From Chrysomallon squamiferum (taxonomy: Eukaryota; Animalia; Mollusca), in assembly GCA_012295275.1 (NCBI GenBank), contig CM022677.1, positions 16,430,001 to 16,494,000 on the forward strand: a DNA stretch of 64,000 nucleotides. The letters are read 5' to 3'. Below are positions 13,162 through 45,101 of this stretch, in pieces (the first letter of the stretch is position 1; each line of letters starts with the position of its first letter). A program made the translations under genes and the position numbers. A model generated the notes under the pieces. The model was given only the letters and a program-made list of their open reading frames with translations, did not search any database and was not told the DNA's origin.

Positions 13162-14009
13162 TGGTGTTGTAGTTATCATCTTCATCATGTATTATGATTA
13201 ATACTACTAGTACTGTAGTTATAATTCTTTTTACCATTATTATTTTACATACATACATACACACATACATACATACATTCAGATACATACATATATATAT
13301 ATTACGATATAAACGAAAATGCACATGTTATAACAACGAAGTAAGCAGGTTATACAGACCTATGATATTATTTTATCCACTGAGAGCTCCTTTTATAAGA
13401 TTGTTTTTTTCTTTTGTTTTGTTTTGTTTTCTTTTTCTTTTCTTTTCTGCACCACACTATAGTCATAGACTCGTTAATTTATGATATAACAAAGGAAGGT
13501 GGGTAATATTACTTAACTATGATGGCTGACTGATCATGATAAATGTAAAGAGAATAATAATAAAATAAACCATAAAGAATACAGATCTGTTTTAGGTGTA
13601 TTCATATTTAAAAGCCAGATTGGATAACTACTACCACGACGTCGGCAACGACAATGCTATTGTTATTATTTTTGCTATTATCATCATCGTCGTCAAGATG
13701 TTGTATTTGTTAGTAATTGATATCTGTGCATATAATAACAACGAAGCAGGCACGGTCTGCAGAGATTTTCGACGTGAACTGCCATATACAAATCAAAAAT
13801 TGAGGGGGAGTTTGTAAGACTAGGTGTTTTTCTTTCTTTCTTTTATGCATCACGATATAAACTTCAATGTAAAATTTTCTGCACGCATTCGGTAATTTAG
13901 GACTTAAGAAAGAAATCTGGATAATATTACTTAACTGTTGTGAATGACCAGTCAACAGAAATGATAGAAAATATCACGTCTGTTTTGAAAGCCAGATAGG
14001 ATAACATTA

Positions 14010-14070
<61 letters not shown>

Positions 14071-15173
14071 TGAGCCAGAATATTTTAAAATATCGAGATA
14101 ACGAAAGAATGAAACAGAAAAAAAAATGTGAGAGAGAAAAATACAGAATAAGTGAAATATAAAAAGATAAATATGGAGAACAAAAATTTGGATTTAATAT
14201 TTATTTACTGTTAAACGTTATCTCCAACAAATATTTAACTTCTTAATACGATACTCAGAAAAAAAAACTGAGTATTGAACTGAAAACGCTAAACGTTAAA
14301 ACAAAAGTGACGACGTAGGACGCATTCACACCAGACAATTCATTTTACCGATTCCGCTAGACCTTCTACAGAAATACATGCTCATTTTAATTCTGTTTCT
14401 CTGTATATATATATATATATATGCATTTATATATGTGTATGTGTGTTTATGTGTGTGTGTTTCTATGCATATGTGTTAGTTTGTGTGTGCATGTGCCTTT
14501 GTACATAAACATTTGTTTTTCCATTATGTTAATTGCAGTTGCATAGATAGATGCTACCTTAGTATTAAAACAATTTACTACTTTGAAAATGAGTGGAGAT
14601 ATCACTTAGTTTGGTCTACTGAAAATGTGTAGATTTATCAACAAGTTTGGTCTAATTTTAACAAGAACCGCATCGTGATGTAAATAACACTTATTATACA
14701 AAACAACGACTCAGTTTAAAAAAAAAATCTCTGCTAAAAAACCCAGTAATTTTCAAAATATATATAAAGCTAATCAATTAGGCAATAGTAGGATATTCAT
14801 TATGGTTGAGAAATCTTTAATTTTTTATTTATTTATTTCTTCTTTTTTTTTTGTTAAAGTGTATGGATAAATAAATAAATAAAAAAATATATTTTAATGT
14901 ATGACTAGACTGAAACGTAACCTATAGAAAAAAATAATAATAATATATATACATATATATATATGTATTGAAAACTCTATGCCAAATACTAAACCAATAC
15001 AATCGAACTTCTATAAATTAAATGTATATTCTTAATACATGTATAATCCAGTTTTATTTAAACAAATGTAAAAAGTGGTTTTATCGAATTTCCGACAAGG
15101 GAAGTAAATCTGTTTATCAAATGTTAAGCAATGAAAACTGGTTATATCGCCTGATATATTTTCAAACTGGTTT

Positions 15174-15227
<54 letters not shown>

Positions 15228-15260
15228 GTTTTATTAACTATTAATATCATATATATATAT

Positions 15261-15349
<89 letters not shown>

Positions 15350-15550
15350 TGAAGGAATATTCAAGGAGAATAATGTAATCATTATAACGATTTCAATATC
15401 ATTGCTATTTCAAGTTAATGTTTAAAAAAGAAATACTGTAAATTCAAAAATGATTCAAAAATATATTTTTTATCTCCTATCTCCTAACCATTTGTAAAGA
15501 TGTATTATCATAATGATCATGTACCGTGCTTTTGTAATTATACATATCTA

Positions 15551-15698
15551 CAGAGGTACCTTGAATTACGAGTTTAATTCGTTCCGTGACGGAACTCGTA
15601 ACTCAATTTGTTCGTGTATCAAATCAATTTTCCCACATCAAATTAACTGAAATACCATTAATGCGTTCCAGCCCCCATAAATCACACCATATTTTTTT

Positions 15699-15732
<34 letters not shown>

Positions 15733-15975
15733 GTGTTTTTAAATAAGAAAAATGTATTTATAAATGACAAATTTTGTATAAAAATAAAATAAAAGCGAAT
15801 GTAGAGAAATAAAATGGTATTTGCCTTGGAAATCAGACAAACTATTTTAACGTCTTTGGCTGGATTTACAGCCTTTATCCACTCCTTTAGCTTCAGTATG
15901 GAACTACGCTCATACTGTCTAGCTAAGTCGACTATATGCTCACCTTGTTCGTGTTTTTCTATGAATTTAAGCTTT
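15551..15975 (-). mobile_element. Second, 5'-truncated copy of the same Tigger-like element, inverted
   Basis: TA|CAGAGGTACCTTGAATTACGAGTTTAATTCGTTCCGTGAC is the reverse complement of the 39270-39312 end. Alignment continues through the same internal deletion into KLKFIEKHEQGEHIVDLARQYERS. Confidence 0.8.
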
Positions 15976-15980
15976 TCTTT

Positions 15981-16019
<39 letters not shown>

Positions 16020-16270
16020 GATTTTGGATGAAATTGGGAAAAGTCAAAGTAAAGACATTTCCCAAGAACACAAAACTATCGTTTATTTAATATTATTTAA
16101 TTATATTATTATCATCATCATCATAATTATTAGTATTTATTTAGTTAGTTAGTTAGTTAGTTATTTTCATTTATTTGTCTCTGTATCTGCTTTATACACT
16201 TTGTTCTGTTTGCGTTATAAATTATATTTGAAAGCATAATAATTTAAAAGAAGTATCGCACAAGTATATA

Positions 16271-16346
<76 letters not shown>

Positions 16347-17580
16347 CTACATGTATTAAAGATTTACACAATAAGGAAAGAGAAAAAGTCCGGTTTAAAT
16401 ATGGCACTACATTTATTTACTACACAACCACAAACAGCAAAATAATATAAACATTTTAATTTTAATTATGCAGATATATTTACCCACTTTTATTGTCACA
16501 AACATCACTATTAGTAGTTCACAACAGCTTGCTCTGATTACTACGTTAATTTATTTTTTCATTCATTCATTCATTCATTTAGTTTGTTTCTTTTCAACAG
16601 ACATGGTTTCCCTTCTCTAGAAATTTAAACAAGATAATAATTATTATAGTGATCATTTCTGAAGAAAGAAGGTATAAGTATTGCTGTCAAAACATAAAGA
16701 TTTTAGTTTATTTGCAAACAAAATAGTTTTTAAAAGAACATTTAATGAAAAGCTGATTGAGATTACAAAAAAAAAGAAGAAAAAGACAAGGTCTGTTTTG
16801 ATGTAGTGTTTGTTACAAATAAATTTATAAATAAACAAATTAATTAATTAATTAATTAATAATAATAGTAACTTAAAACAAAGGAAGAATAATTTTTAAA
16901 AATATACAAAAATAAATATCAGTTTAATATTACAAGAGAACAACTCCTGAAGAAATATTGCATAAAATAGTTCACGACAAGTTATAAAAATTCATTATAA
17001 AAATAAAAACTATTCAAAATCATTCACCATCTTAATACTCACTGGTGTAAAGTAAGATATTCAACTTACAAGCACAACACATTTTAATATACAATATTTA
17101 CTTATTGGTACCCTTCACACATAATTATATATACATTTAAAAAAGGTTCATCAAAACATAGTTAACCATTCCTCATATAAATAAACCTAAAATGAACTAA
17201 AATGAACAAAAAGGAAAATGAATTTTAAATACTTAGTAATATGCAAACATCAATTGAATGGTTATTTACAGTTTTCAAGAGGCCAAAATTTCATAATGTT
17301 AAGGTTGGTAGTTATTTTTTTTTAATTATTTTCATTTTATATATTATCTGTTTATTTATTTATTTATTTTTTATTTTTTATTTATTATTGATTTACTTTT
17401 ATTTTTGTTTAGTTTGTTTGTTTGTTTATTTATTGCTGAATTATACATTTGTATTTAGTTTACAAAAGAAACGAAAACAAAAAAACTACAAACTCATATA
17501 TTCCAAGCCTGATATGTTATACTGTTATTTATTAGGTATCTGTTTATTTGTTATCTTTAATGCTAACTGCGCAAACTGAA

Positions 17581-17639
<59 letters not shown>

Positions 17640-18085
17640 TACATATTCACCCTAAAACTATTATTATGTTGATTGATTTAATTAAAATATTTCACTTCAT
17701 CACAAAGGTTAGATATATAATGTATTTATTAATTTAATTAAAATGTGAAGACCTTTTGGAATATATCTGCTTAAAATACAATAAATAAAATGTTAGTGTG
17801 TTGTATTATATAAAACACATACACACATACAAGGTAATTAGATAAAAAGATTTAGCTTTAAAAGTCATCACTGACTGAGTGCACAGCAAGTGTAAACAAT
17901 ATTTTGATATACACAGTTTATTTATTTGATTGTTTTGTAAACATTTTCAAAAGAAAGAAAAAACAGAAAATAACAATTAAAAATGAATAAGTAAATAATT
18001 AGTCATCATATATTGTTAAAAAAAAAAAAAACGAAACTGAAAATATCTTGTTGTTAATGTTTACTCTATGAAATAAATTAGAAAA

Positions 18086-18120
<35 letters not shown>

Positions 18121-19200
18121 ACCCCCAAAATAATACCAATAAACTTTTATACTGTAAATTATTTTTTTTACATAATTAGACACGTCAAACTATGATAAAA
18201 ACATGAAAGTATGGAGAAATGAAAATTAAATTTATTGCAATTAATAATATTATTAATAACAGTAAATCACTTGCAAATATTAGAAACTGATATTTATTGA
18301 ACATTGTATTCCCAGAGGTTTTTGAATTATCATACCCATGAGTCCATGTCTTTGCTTACAGCACCCCACCATGAAATGTCTTTCCAGTATAGCCACAAAA
18401 CAGAGAGAGGGAAAAACTAAATATAATAATAATAATAATAATAATAATAAGAATAAGAATAAGAAGAAGAAGAAGAATAATAATACATAAATAAATAAAT
18501 AAATTATGGTTACATAGTGTGAACAGTAAGAACAAGTTCAAATGATTATTTTTATATTCCATGCTTCCTACAAAAATTTAATTTGGTGTGGTTTTGACCA
18601 ATTACGGAACCGTAACACGAAATATATTTACATAAATAATAAAAATAATTAGTATCTGAAAGAAAAGGTTTTATATCTATGTATATATGTATGAATGAAT
18701 GATTTTTATTTTATAATTAAGAAGAAATCATGCATGTTTGCAAGACAACAAGAACAAATATTTGCAAAAACATTTCTCTGTATTGATCATTGAATAGATA
18801 ATGTATTAAATAAAATATTAAAATACAAACTAAAATTATACATTTAGTGTAAAATATAAGCACTAAATTATAAATTATGATTATGCAGACAAAAATTAAC
18901 ATACGGACATAAAAATGAAAACAAGTGAAAGACATGATAGAAAAGAAACATAAATAAAAACATTTTAATAAAAATTAATATAGTAATAAGTGAATGAATA
19001 AAAATTGATTTGAAGGAATTTGCATAGTTTTGATTTTAACAACATTTGAAATTATTTTATAATAAGCACATAATGTTTTAAAATAATTATTATTAATACA
19101 TATACATATTCACATTTTTTATTTAACTGTAAAAAGTTTTTATTATCTTTCTTCATTGTTATAATTTTTTTCTTTAAATAAAACTAAAAAAAACAATTTA

Positions 19201-19248
<48 letters not shown>

Positions 19249-19445
19249 GATTTCAATTACTTCGTAAATACTAAATAATATATTTTTGTTTCTGGATTGT
19301 TTTTTGAATTTCCACTTTTTTATTTATTCATTTTTGTTTATAATTTTGTTTTTATAAAAAAAATAAAAAAAAAAAAAAAAAAAAAAAATAAAAAGATATA
19401 TGTTGTTTATTTTTATTTACAAAAAATAGTAATGTAAAAATCTTC

Positions 19446-37599
<18,154 letters not shown>

Positions 37600-37992
37600 T
37601 TTCAATGTCTTATCTAAAAGAGAAATTACATATATAATTATATCTACACACACAAACATATACATACACAAACAGACATCAGTCATACTTACTCATTGTT
37701 TTACAAATAAGTATAATAACATAATAACATATATATATATATATATATAAAATGTCCACCAGTATAACATACCCTTCTTTATATCGATACATGGATACAT
37801 ATAATACTATCATTATCACCTGAAAATATGTGTTAGGAAGGCGTGCTGTATCAAATGATTATTATTATTAATCTGAATGGCATTATCTTTCAATTGTTCA
37901 TTGTGAGAGATTAACCGATTTCTTGTCAATCTCAAGGAATAATTTGTATTTCGCTTATCTGCAGGTCACCGGAGATCACGATTTCAAACTTC

Positions 37993-38006
37993 GTTCCCAT
38001 AGCAAC
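37993..38006. promoter_or_regulatory. RFX X-box upstream of the MEGF10-like gene
   Basis: GTTCCCATAGCAAC matches the 14-bp RFX/DAF-19 consensus, about 400 bp upstream of the ATG. Confidence 0.5.
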
Positions 38007-38471
38007 CAAGGCCCGATTTCCCCACATAAAGGCTTTCTAGGCTAGGAGATTGTGCGCTAAATTATCGAGTTGCTCGCTCTGTTAAAATTTGGGCTCTTCT
38101 GACCTAATTCAGTTAAATCATTGTGACTAAGAATAAATATCTACTGCACGGAAACTTTGTAAAAATACTGATATTTTGGGAGGTGTAAAAATTTGTGTGC
38201 TTTTCCGTAAGTTATATATAAAAAAAATAAAAAATAAAAATAAAAAAAATAAAAAAATCATGTATTTCATATTATATAATTAACAAAGTGGGAAGGGTGA
38301 AGTGGGCTTGAAGAGGGGGCTGTAAAATTTCTACAGCCTATGGGCGACTAGCACAATAAACCCGCACTGATAGCAACAGAAAATGGCTGCCATATGCAGA
38401 TGCAAATTTTCATTCAAGAATTATGCCAGAAACAGAGTTGTTTTAGACCCAGATGAGTGAGAGAGAGAGAT

Positions 38472-38544
<73 letters not shown>

Positions 38545-38629
38545 CAAGTGGATGATAGGCAGATATTGTGTAAGACTGAAATAAATGTGTGGATACACAC
38601 ACACGCACACACGCACACACACACACACA

Positions 38630-39312
38630 AAGTGGTAACCCAACTTACAACGAACAACATAACATCCGCAACGAACAACATAACATCCGGCCAGCATCCT
38701 GTGTCTCACTGGTTTACTTCACATGGTTACCTCGCCGCGGAAGTATCTCTATTGTGTTGTGCTCGCGGTTTGTTCCGTATTTTGCTAAATTTCTTTTTTC
38801 TAGCCGTGGATCGGAAGAAAGTGAGTGCAAAGGACAGTACTGAGAAGAAGAAGCGGATGATGTCCATTGAATTAAAGCTTGAATTCACAGAAAAACATGA
38901 GCGAGGTGTGCATGTAGTCGATTTGGCTAGGAAGTACGAGCGTAGTACTTCTACGATATATATCATACTGAAGCTGAAGGAGTCGATAAAGGCTGTAATT
39001 CCAGCCAAAGTCGTTAAAATAATTCGTCTGATCTCCAAGATAAATACACTTTACAAAACCAATTTATTTCTTTACATTATCTTTTATTTTGTTTTTTTAT
39101 ACAACATTTGGCATTTATAAATACATTTTTTTCTTATTTAAAAACATATTACAAAAAAGAAATAAACAAAATGGAGTGTTTTCTGGGGGGTCTGGAACGG
39201 ACTAATGATATTTCAATTAATTTCAGTTGGAAAAACTGATTTGATATATGCGCAAATTGAGATACGAGCTCGGTCACGGAACGAATTAAACTCGAAAGTC
39301 AAGCTATCAGTG
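38630..39312 (+). mobile_element. Non-autonomous Tigger/pogo (Tc1-mariner superfamily) element retaining the N-terminal CENP-B-type HTH
   Basis: ORF segment KKVSAKDSTEKKKRMMSIELKLEFTEKHERGVHVVDLARKYERSTSTIYIILKLKESIK resembles the Tigger/TIGD N-terminus. Degenerate 5' TIR AGTGGTAACCCAACTTAC, 3' end ...GAACGAATTAAACTCGAAAGTCAAGCTATCAGTG followed by a TA run. No DDE domain. Confidence 0.8.
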
Positions 39313-39313
39313 T

Positions 39314-39409
<96 letters not shown>

Positions 39410-40059
39410 ATACTACAGATTTTATCATAAACCAATATGCAGTTAAATTAGATAGTATCAATCACTGTACCAGATGGGTAAGTACTTGATACGATACACC
39501 ACAGAGTACGTCATATGTAATTCTGACTGATAAAGCAGTTGCCATAGTTACAGCGTAAAACAAGATTGGCTCCGCTGTGACGGTCTCAAAAGATTCATAT
39601 CTATGGCAAAAAAACACGACAGCCTGAGCGTTGCAGTGTAACATTCTTACAGGTCTGAATTTAATTATTTATTTATTTATTTGTTTATATATTTGTTTAT
39701 TTATTTATTTGTGTTTATATGTTTGTTTATTTGGTTTCTTCTTTTATTTCGCTCCTTTGCTGTTTTTTTTTTTTTTTCTTTTATTTTATATTTCGTACAC
39801 AGTTTACTTGTTCGTTTTTAATCTGTCTATCTGTCTATTTAAATATGTGTTCGTTTGTTTGCTTATTTATAATATTTTGTTCATTTATTTATTTATTTAT
39901 TTATTATTTTTTGTTGTTTTTTTTTTTTGTTTTTTTGTTGTTTGTTGATTTTTTGTTGTTGTTTTTTTGTTGTTGTTTTTTCAGGCCAACACTTATTATA
40001 TTACATTGCAATTAATTTTTGTATGTGAAAAACAATTAAATTTTGGAAATGCTCTTAAA

Positions 40060-40224
40060 AAGCTTTATTTACGCGATATAATGAGAACTGCACAAAGTTT
40101 CGTCTGATCTTATTGGATAGTGTGTCTGTCAATCATACCGTAGTGACTAAACCACGCCTCTTCCGTTCACCTAGGAAGAAACTTTTAAATAATGATGAGA
40201 AAAGGGCAAGGACATTGAACGAAC
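40060..40224 (+). other. Probable non-coding 5'UTR exon of FUT-B (5' boundary approximate)
   Basis: Homologous to 10100-10262, TTGAACGAAC|GTAAGTT. Confidence 0.6.
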
Positions 40225-41199
40225 GTAAGTTATTTATTTATTTATTTATTTATTTATTTGTTTATTTGTTTGTTTGTTTTTAAGTTGTTCGTTTTTTCTC
40301 TTGAGTACATTTATTGTACCTATACATTAATTAATTTATTTTCAATATTCGTACGTTTTTTTCTAAATTGTTTAAATTAGGGTTTTGTCTAGAATTAATA
40401 TGAAAACTATGTAATTTATTAATGTATTCTTCATGGATGGATGTATGTATGTATGTATAAATTCATCGATATAAGTATATAAATAGACAAATGTATTTCT
40501 ATCGCTATGTACTTCTAAACCTACACTTTAATACTTTAATTACTTAACTATGATAAATCTTTTTTATTTCTTTTTTGCGCTTTCTCAAAACTAACAAAGA
40601 AACCTGACCTAATTTAATATCTTTCCATCAGTGAAATCAGCTTTTAAAATTTAAACAATAATAACAAGAAGAAGAAGAAGAAGAAGAAATAAAAAAAATG
40701 AATGAATAAATAAATAAATGAATAAATAAAATAACATAAATAAATAATTAACTTAGAACTTTATTTAAGTAAACGGTTCTTTTTCTCGTCATCTAACGAA
40801 AATATCTACTCATTTAGTGATACGAAATATCATGCAATTAACTTTTATAGGCGGAATCTTAAAAGCAAGATATCGATAATTATAATATCTATTTTACTAA
40901 GCTGCAACATTTAAAATTTTAAAGAGGATATGAAACTGACTGAATATTTGAGACGGAAAAAGAATATCATTTCAACTTCTTTTTTAGTGGACTCTTAAAA
41001 GGTTATATACAGTTAATAACATTATGTGTGACTGTGTGTGTGTTGTTATTATTTTATTTTATTTTATTTTATTTTATTTTTTTTATTTTAAATCAAGTAC
41101 TCCAAACTGGAATTAATACCTTATGGATCAAATATTTTAAAGGGGATATCACAGTTCTGTAATTCTTAAATTAAGTCGGCGTCAGAGAAATAGTAACCA

Positions 41200-41907
41200 T
41201 CAAGATGACGCCAAATAATTAATAATTAAATTCAATTTATTTCCCATCCAACAGGACTGCTGATAAATCAAATCTTGCCAAGAGGACTACCACTTTAACA
41301 TTGCGTTCGTCCAACACAAAGAGAACTGCAACTGGTTAACAACCAGATCATACCAAGAGGACCGCCACTTATCAACATCAAGTTCACGTAAGACGACTTG
41401 ATAATGTATAATTTGTACAAGAGGACTGCCACTTATTTATATCATCTATGCCGGACTGCAATCTGGTGAAAAAAGGACCGGCACTTTTTATCATAAGTTT
41501 ATACGATATTTTCGTCTATGAAAATGTGTATCTTCATACAAGATCACTGCTATCCATTGATAACTACGGTTTATAAAAGACGATCTAGTTTATAAATTTA
41601 AAGTCTTCAGTGTCCATTTTATCAAGTGAATTGAACTTTATCAACATCTTATTCTCCGAAGAGGACTGCCACTGATAACGACACGTTTAGACCAAAGGAC
41701 TGCCATTATAACATCTAAAATTTTAAACGAGGAGTTCCATTTATTAAAATCTATGGTTTATAGAAGCGAGGTTTCATTGATAAACATTCATTTACCACAA
41801 AAGAGGACTGCCATTTATTAATATCCAGTCCTTGAAGGGGACAGGAGGTCTGCCACTCGTTATTATCCACAGTTCGTCTCGGAGGACTGCCACTAACTAA
41901 CTTTCAG
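41200..41907 (+). repeat. Degenerate AGGACTGCCAC-core array ending in the FUT-B splice acceptor
   Basis: About 13-15 cores, acceptor AG at 41906-41907. Confidence 0.8.
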
Positions 41908-41952
41908 TTCGCGATTTCGTCAACATCGAAGAGAACAGCCGATTATTAAAAC

Positions 41953-43143
41953 ATGAATAAATTAAAATATGTCTGGATGTTTATTCTGATCATCATTTCA
42001 GTAATTGTAATTAATATATATTTATACGAAGAAAACAGTGTGAACATGTATTTAACAAGTATCAGCAAGTCGTATTTAAAATGGCGAGGGATGACAAAAC
42101 AAGATAACATGTCATCGTCATTCACCTCGTACAATCGTACAGCGACAGAAAATTCTAACAAAAAGGCACAACTAGCAACAAAGAAAGACATTCTTGATAC
42201 TTCTGCAACAACGACTGCAGCTTATAGTAACACAAAAGAAGCCGGTTCAGTCGAAAACTGGCGAGTGGACGGAAATCAAGACCTTCTGGGTAATTATACT
42301 TACAACGCGGCGTACAAACGAAGAAAAACATTGAACTTGTACGTTAGATGGAAACTGAAGACCGCTACTAATTCTTTAGTTACGATTGGGAATGCAGGAA
42401 GAACGGGAAATTGCTTGTTTGAGTATGCGGCATTGTTAGGAATCGCATACATGAATAACAAGAAGCCTGCAATTTCTCCCGATAATCCGTTACTGAAGTA
42501 TTTTGATTTGACGTTTGTGGAAAAGATTGACGTCAAGAAAGGAAAGTGGGTTCGTGTTACAGAGAAAAGTTATGGAGTTTATGACAGAAAGATGGAGAAG
42601 CTACCGAAAGAAAATGTTACGTTATCAACATATTTTCAAAGCTGGAAATATTTCAGGAACATTAGCAATTTAATTCGAGAGGAACTTACTTTCAGATCAA
42701 ATATTGTCAAATCAGCTGAAGAAAAATTCATGAGATATATCTGGAATCGAACGAAACCAATAATTGGAATTCATGTTCGACGTACGGATTTAGTAACCAA
42801 TAAAGTCAAGTTCGACAAAGACCAGCTTTCTTACCTCAACAAAGCTATGACATATATGACGTCACGATACGGTAACGTGACGTTTCTCGTAGCTACAGAT
42901 GACGTCCAGTGGTGTCGAGAAAGACTGAATAAAAGTGACGTCATTGTGGTAGATAAGGGGGACGCTGGTGTTGATATGTCAATGATGACTAACTGTGATC
43001 ACATGATTATAACCAAGGGATCGTTCGGCTTTTGGATTGCCTGGTTAGCTAATGGGCACACTGTATATTATAACAACAGAGGGGGTAGAGATTTTAGTCA
43101 GAAAGATTATTATTTACCCACCTGGATTCACTTTGGACCGTAG
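41953..43143 (+). CDS. Galactoside alpha-1,2-L-fucosyltransferase, GT11 family, copy B, 396 aa
   Basis: Single-exon ORF colinear with copy A, with the same TM anchor and GT11 motifs (GIHVRRTD, TDDVQWC, GSFGFW). Confidence 0.93.
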   Translation: MNKLKYVWMFILIIISVIVINIYLYEENSVNMYLTSISKSYLKWRGMTKQDNMSSSFTSYNRTATENSNKKAQLATKKDILDTSATTTAAYSNTKEAGSVENWRVDGNQDLLGNYTYNAAYKRRKTLNLYVRWKLKTATNSLVTIGNAGRTGNCLFEYAALLGIAYMNNKKPAISPDNPLLKYFDLTFVEKIDVKKGKWVRVTEKSYGVYDRKMEKLPKENVTLSTYFQSWKYFRNISNLIREELTFRSNIVKSAEEKFMRYIWNRTKPIIGIHVRRTDLVTNKVKFDKDQLSYLNKAMTYMTSRYGNVTFLVATDDVQWCRERLNKSDVIVVDKGDAGVDMSMMTNCDHMIITKGSFGFWIAWLANGHTVYYNNRGGRDFSQKDYYLPTWIHFGP

Positions 43144-43776
43144 GACAGAGGGAAAAGACAAGAAAAAATCACACACACAAACACACGTACACACACAAAG
43201 ATATATATATATATGTGTATGTGTATATCTGTGTGTGTATATATATGTATATTACTCATTAGTTCATTCAGTCGTCGATTATGTTATTTCATTATTATTT
43301 CATATTATTATTATTATTACTATTATTAGTAGTAGTGGTAGTAGTTGTAGTAGTATTTTGTTTTTGTTGTTTTATTTTCTGAATAAACCTGTGTAAAACA
43401 TTACAACATGGTACGTGTTATCCTGTAAACGAGCTAGGGTAAGCAATACATTTTCTTACGCTAGTAATACATTTTTAAAAGGTTCAGCTAAATCGTGTCT
43501 GTGAAAGATGAAAAAATCTCACATTTTCCTCATGAACTGCCATCTATAGATGAGCAACTGAGGAGAAGTTTGTAAGAAAAGGTATTTTTTTTTCTTTCTT
43601 TCTTTGTTCTCTGCACTACAATATAAACATCAACGTAAAATATTCTGCACGGGTTCTGTAATTTATGACGTAACAAAGGAAGCTGAGTAGTCTTCCATGT
43701 CTGTTGTGGATCCCTGCTGACGATAATGAAAAATAAATATGACAATCTGTTTTGAAAGCCAAATGGGATAGCATTA

Positions 43777-43849
<73 letters not shown>

Positions 43850-44046
43850 TGTGTGAGTGTGTGTGGATGTGTTTCAGACAGAGAAAATAATAGAGAGAAA
43901 AACAGAGATTATAGACAGAGAAATAAAGAGAGAGAAGGAGAGAGAGCGAGCGAGAGATGAATAAATAAATAAAGAAAGAAAGAAAGAAAATAATAAATTA
44001 GTCAAGTTTATCTTAATGCCTGTCAGTGGAGGAACAGAAAAGAATG

Positions 44047-44078
<32 letters not shown>

Positions 44079-44749
44079 TTTTAAAATTTATGTTAACCAA
44101 AGAAAAAAAGAAAGTAGACGAAGCAGAAACCTACAATAATAAAGAAAATAGATAAAATAAAATGGAATTCAAACTATTTACAGAAATGCTCTTTCTCCTT
44201 AAACATGTGGTAAATACATGACCATCAACCGTAACAGAATTATTCATGAGAATGTAAACCAATACTTAATTATTCTCAGGCTACACTTTCAAATGCAATC
44301 TGCAAATAGCTTAACTTTTAGCAGAAAAAAACATAAATTTCACGAACAACAGATATTGTATATATAAAAAAAAAAATGTATATATATTGTTGTCTCAGGG
44401 CTTCACCCCTTTAAACATCTTGGATGTTTTATTAAGGCTCGGACTAGTGTAACAAGGTGTTTTAATGGCCACCTAACAAGGAATATAAACACTAAATTGA
44501 CAGCAATCTATATCAATCAATAAGACTATCTGTCCACTAGACAAATAAACACACCAGTTAAGATTCACGTTAATTATTTAATTATTATAAACAGGTGACG
44601 ATAATAATACATTATCCAATCATAAAACATGTTGTTAAAGTAATTTTGATTAATTGATACGAGTAAGGTCATACGGGGAACCAAGAAAAAATAAGAATCT
44701 GTACGGAGGACAGATTAAAACATCAAAATTTTAGGTATAATATAAATGT

Positions 44750-45030
44750 TATAGACACAGGTTAATTGCACATTACACCCTATCAAAACAAAAATAGACA
44801 ACTGCTTACTACACTCGTCCGTAAAGACAATGTCGTTGAAAAACATTTGGTTTCCCTGCCTGACAGAGTTCTCGTTCGGCCTTTTCCGTCGCTGCTGAAT
44901 TACCTTGAACCTTGAAAACAATTAACGTGCTAATCAGAGCAAGCTGTTGTGAAGCATGTCTGCAACAGGTACGCTTTCTGACAGGCTTAGCGGGCGTGTC
45001 TGTCGCATTCTTAATTACCAAGTGTCAACC
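44750..45030 (-). mobile_element. Degenerate Tc1-like transposase fragment
   Basis: The minus-strand peptide FNDIVFTDECSKQL resembles the first catalytic Asp motif (VIFTDES) of Tc1 DDE transposases. It lies in a roughly 2-kb insert absent from the other FUT units. Confidence 0.5.
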
Positions 45031-45101
45031 CTTTTATAACAACGCCACGGAGTTGAAAAATTGTCGCAAACAACGCGGTCGTGACTGAAGTTACAATTAA
45101 A

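Noticed and set aside
38470-39120. 216-aa ORF as an active transposase or domesticated TIGD gene
   Set aside because: The N-terminus is (GA)n/(CA)n repeat, only the HTH fragment is present, and the DDE domain is deleted.
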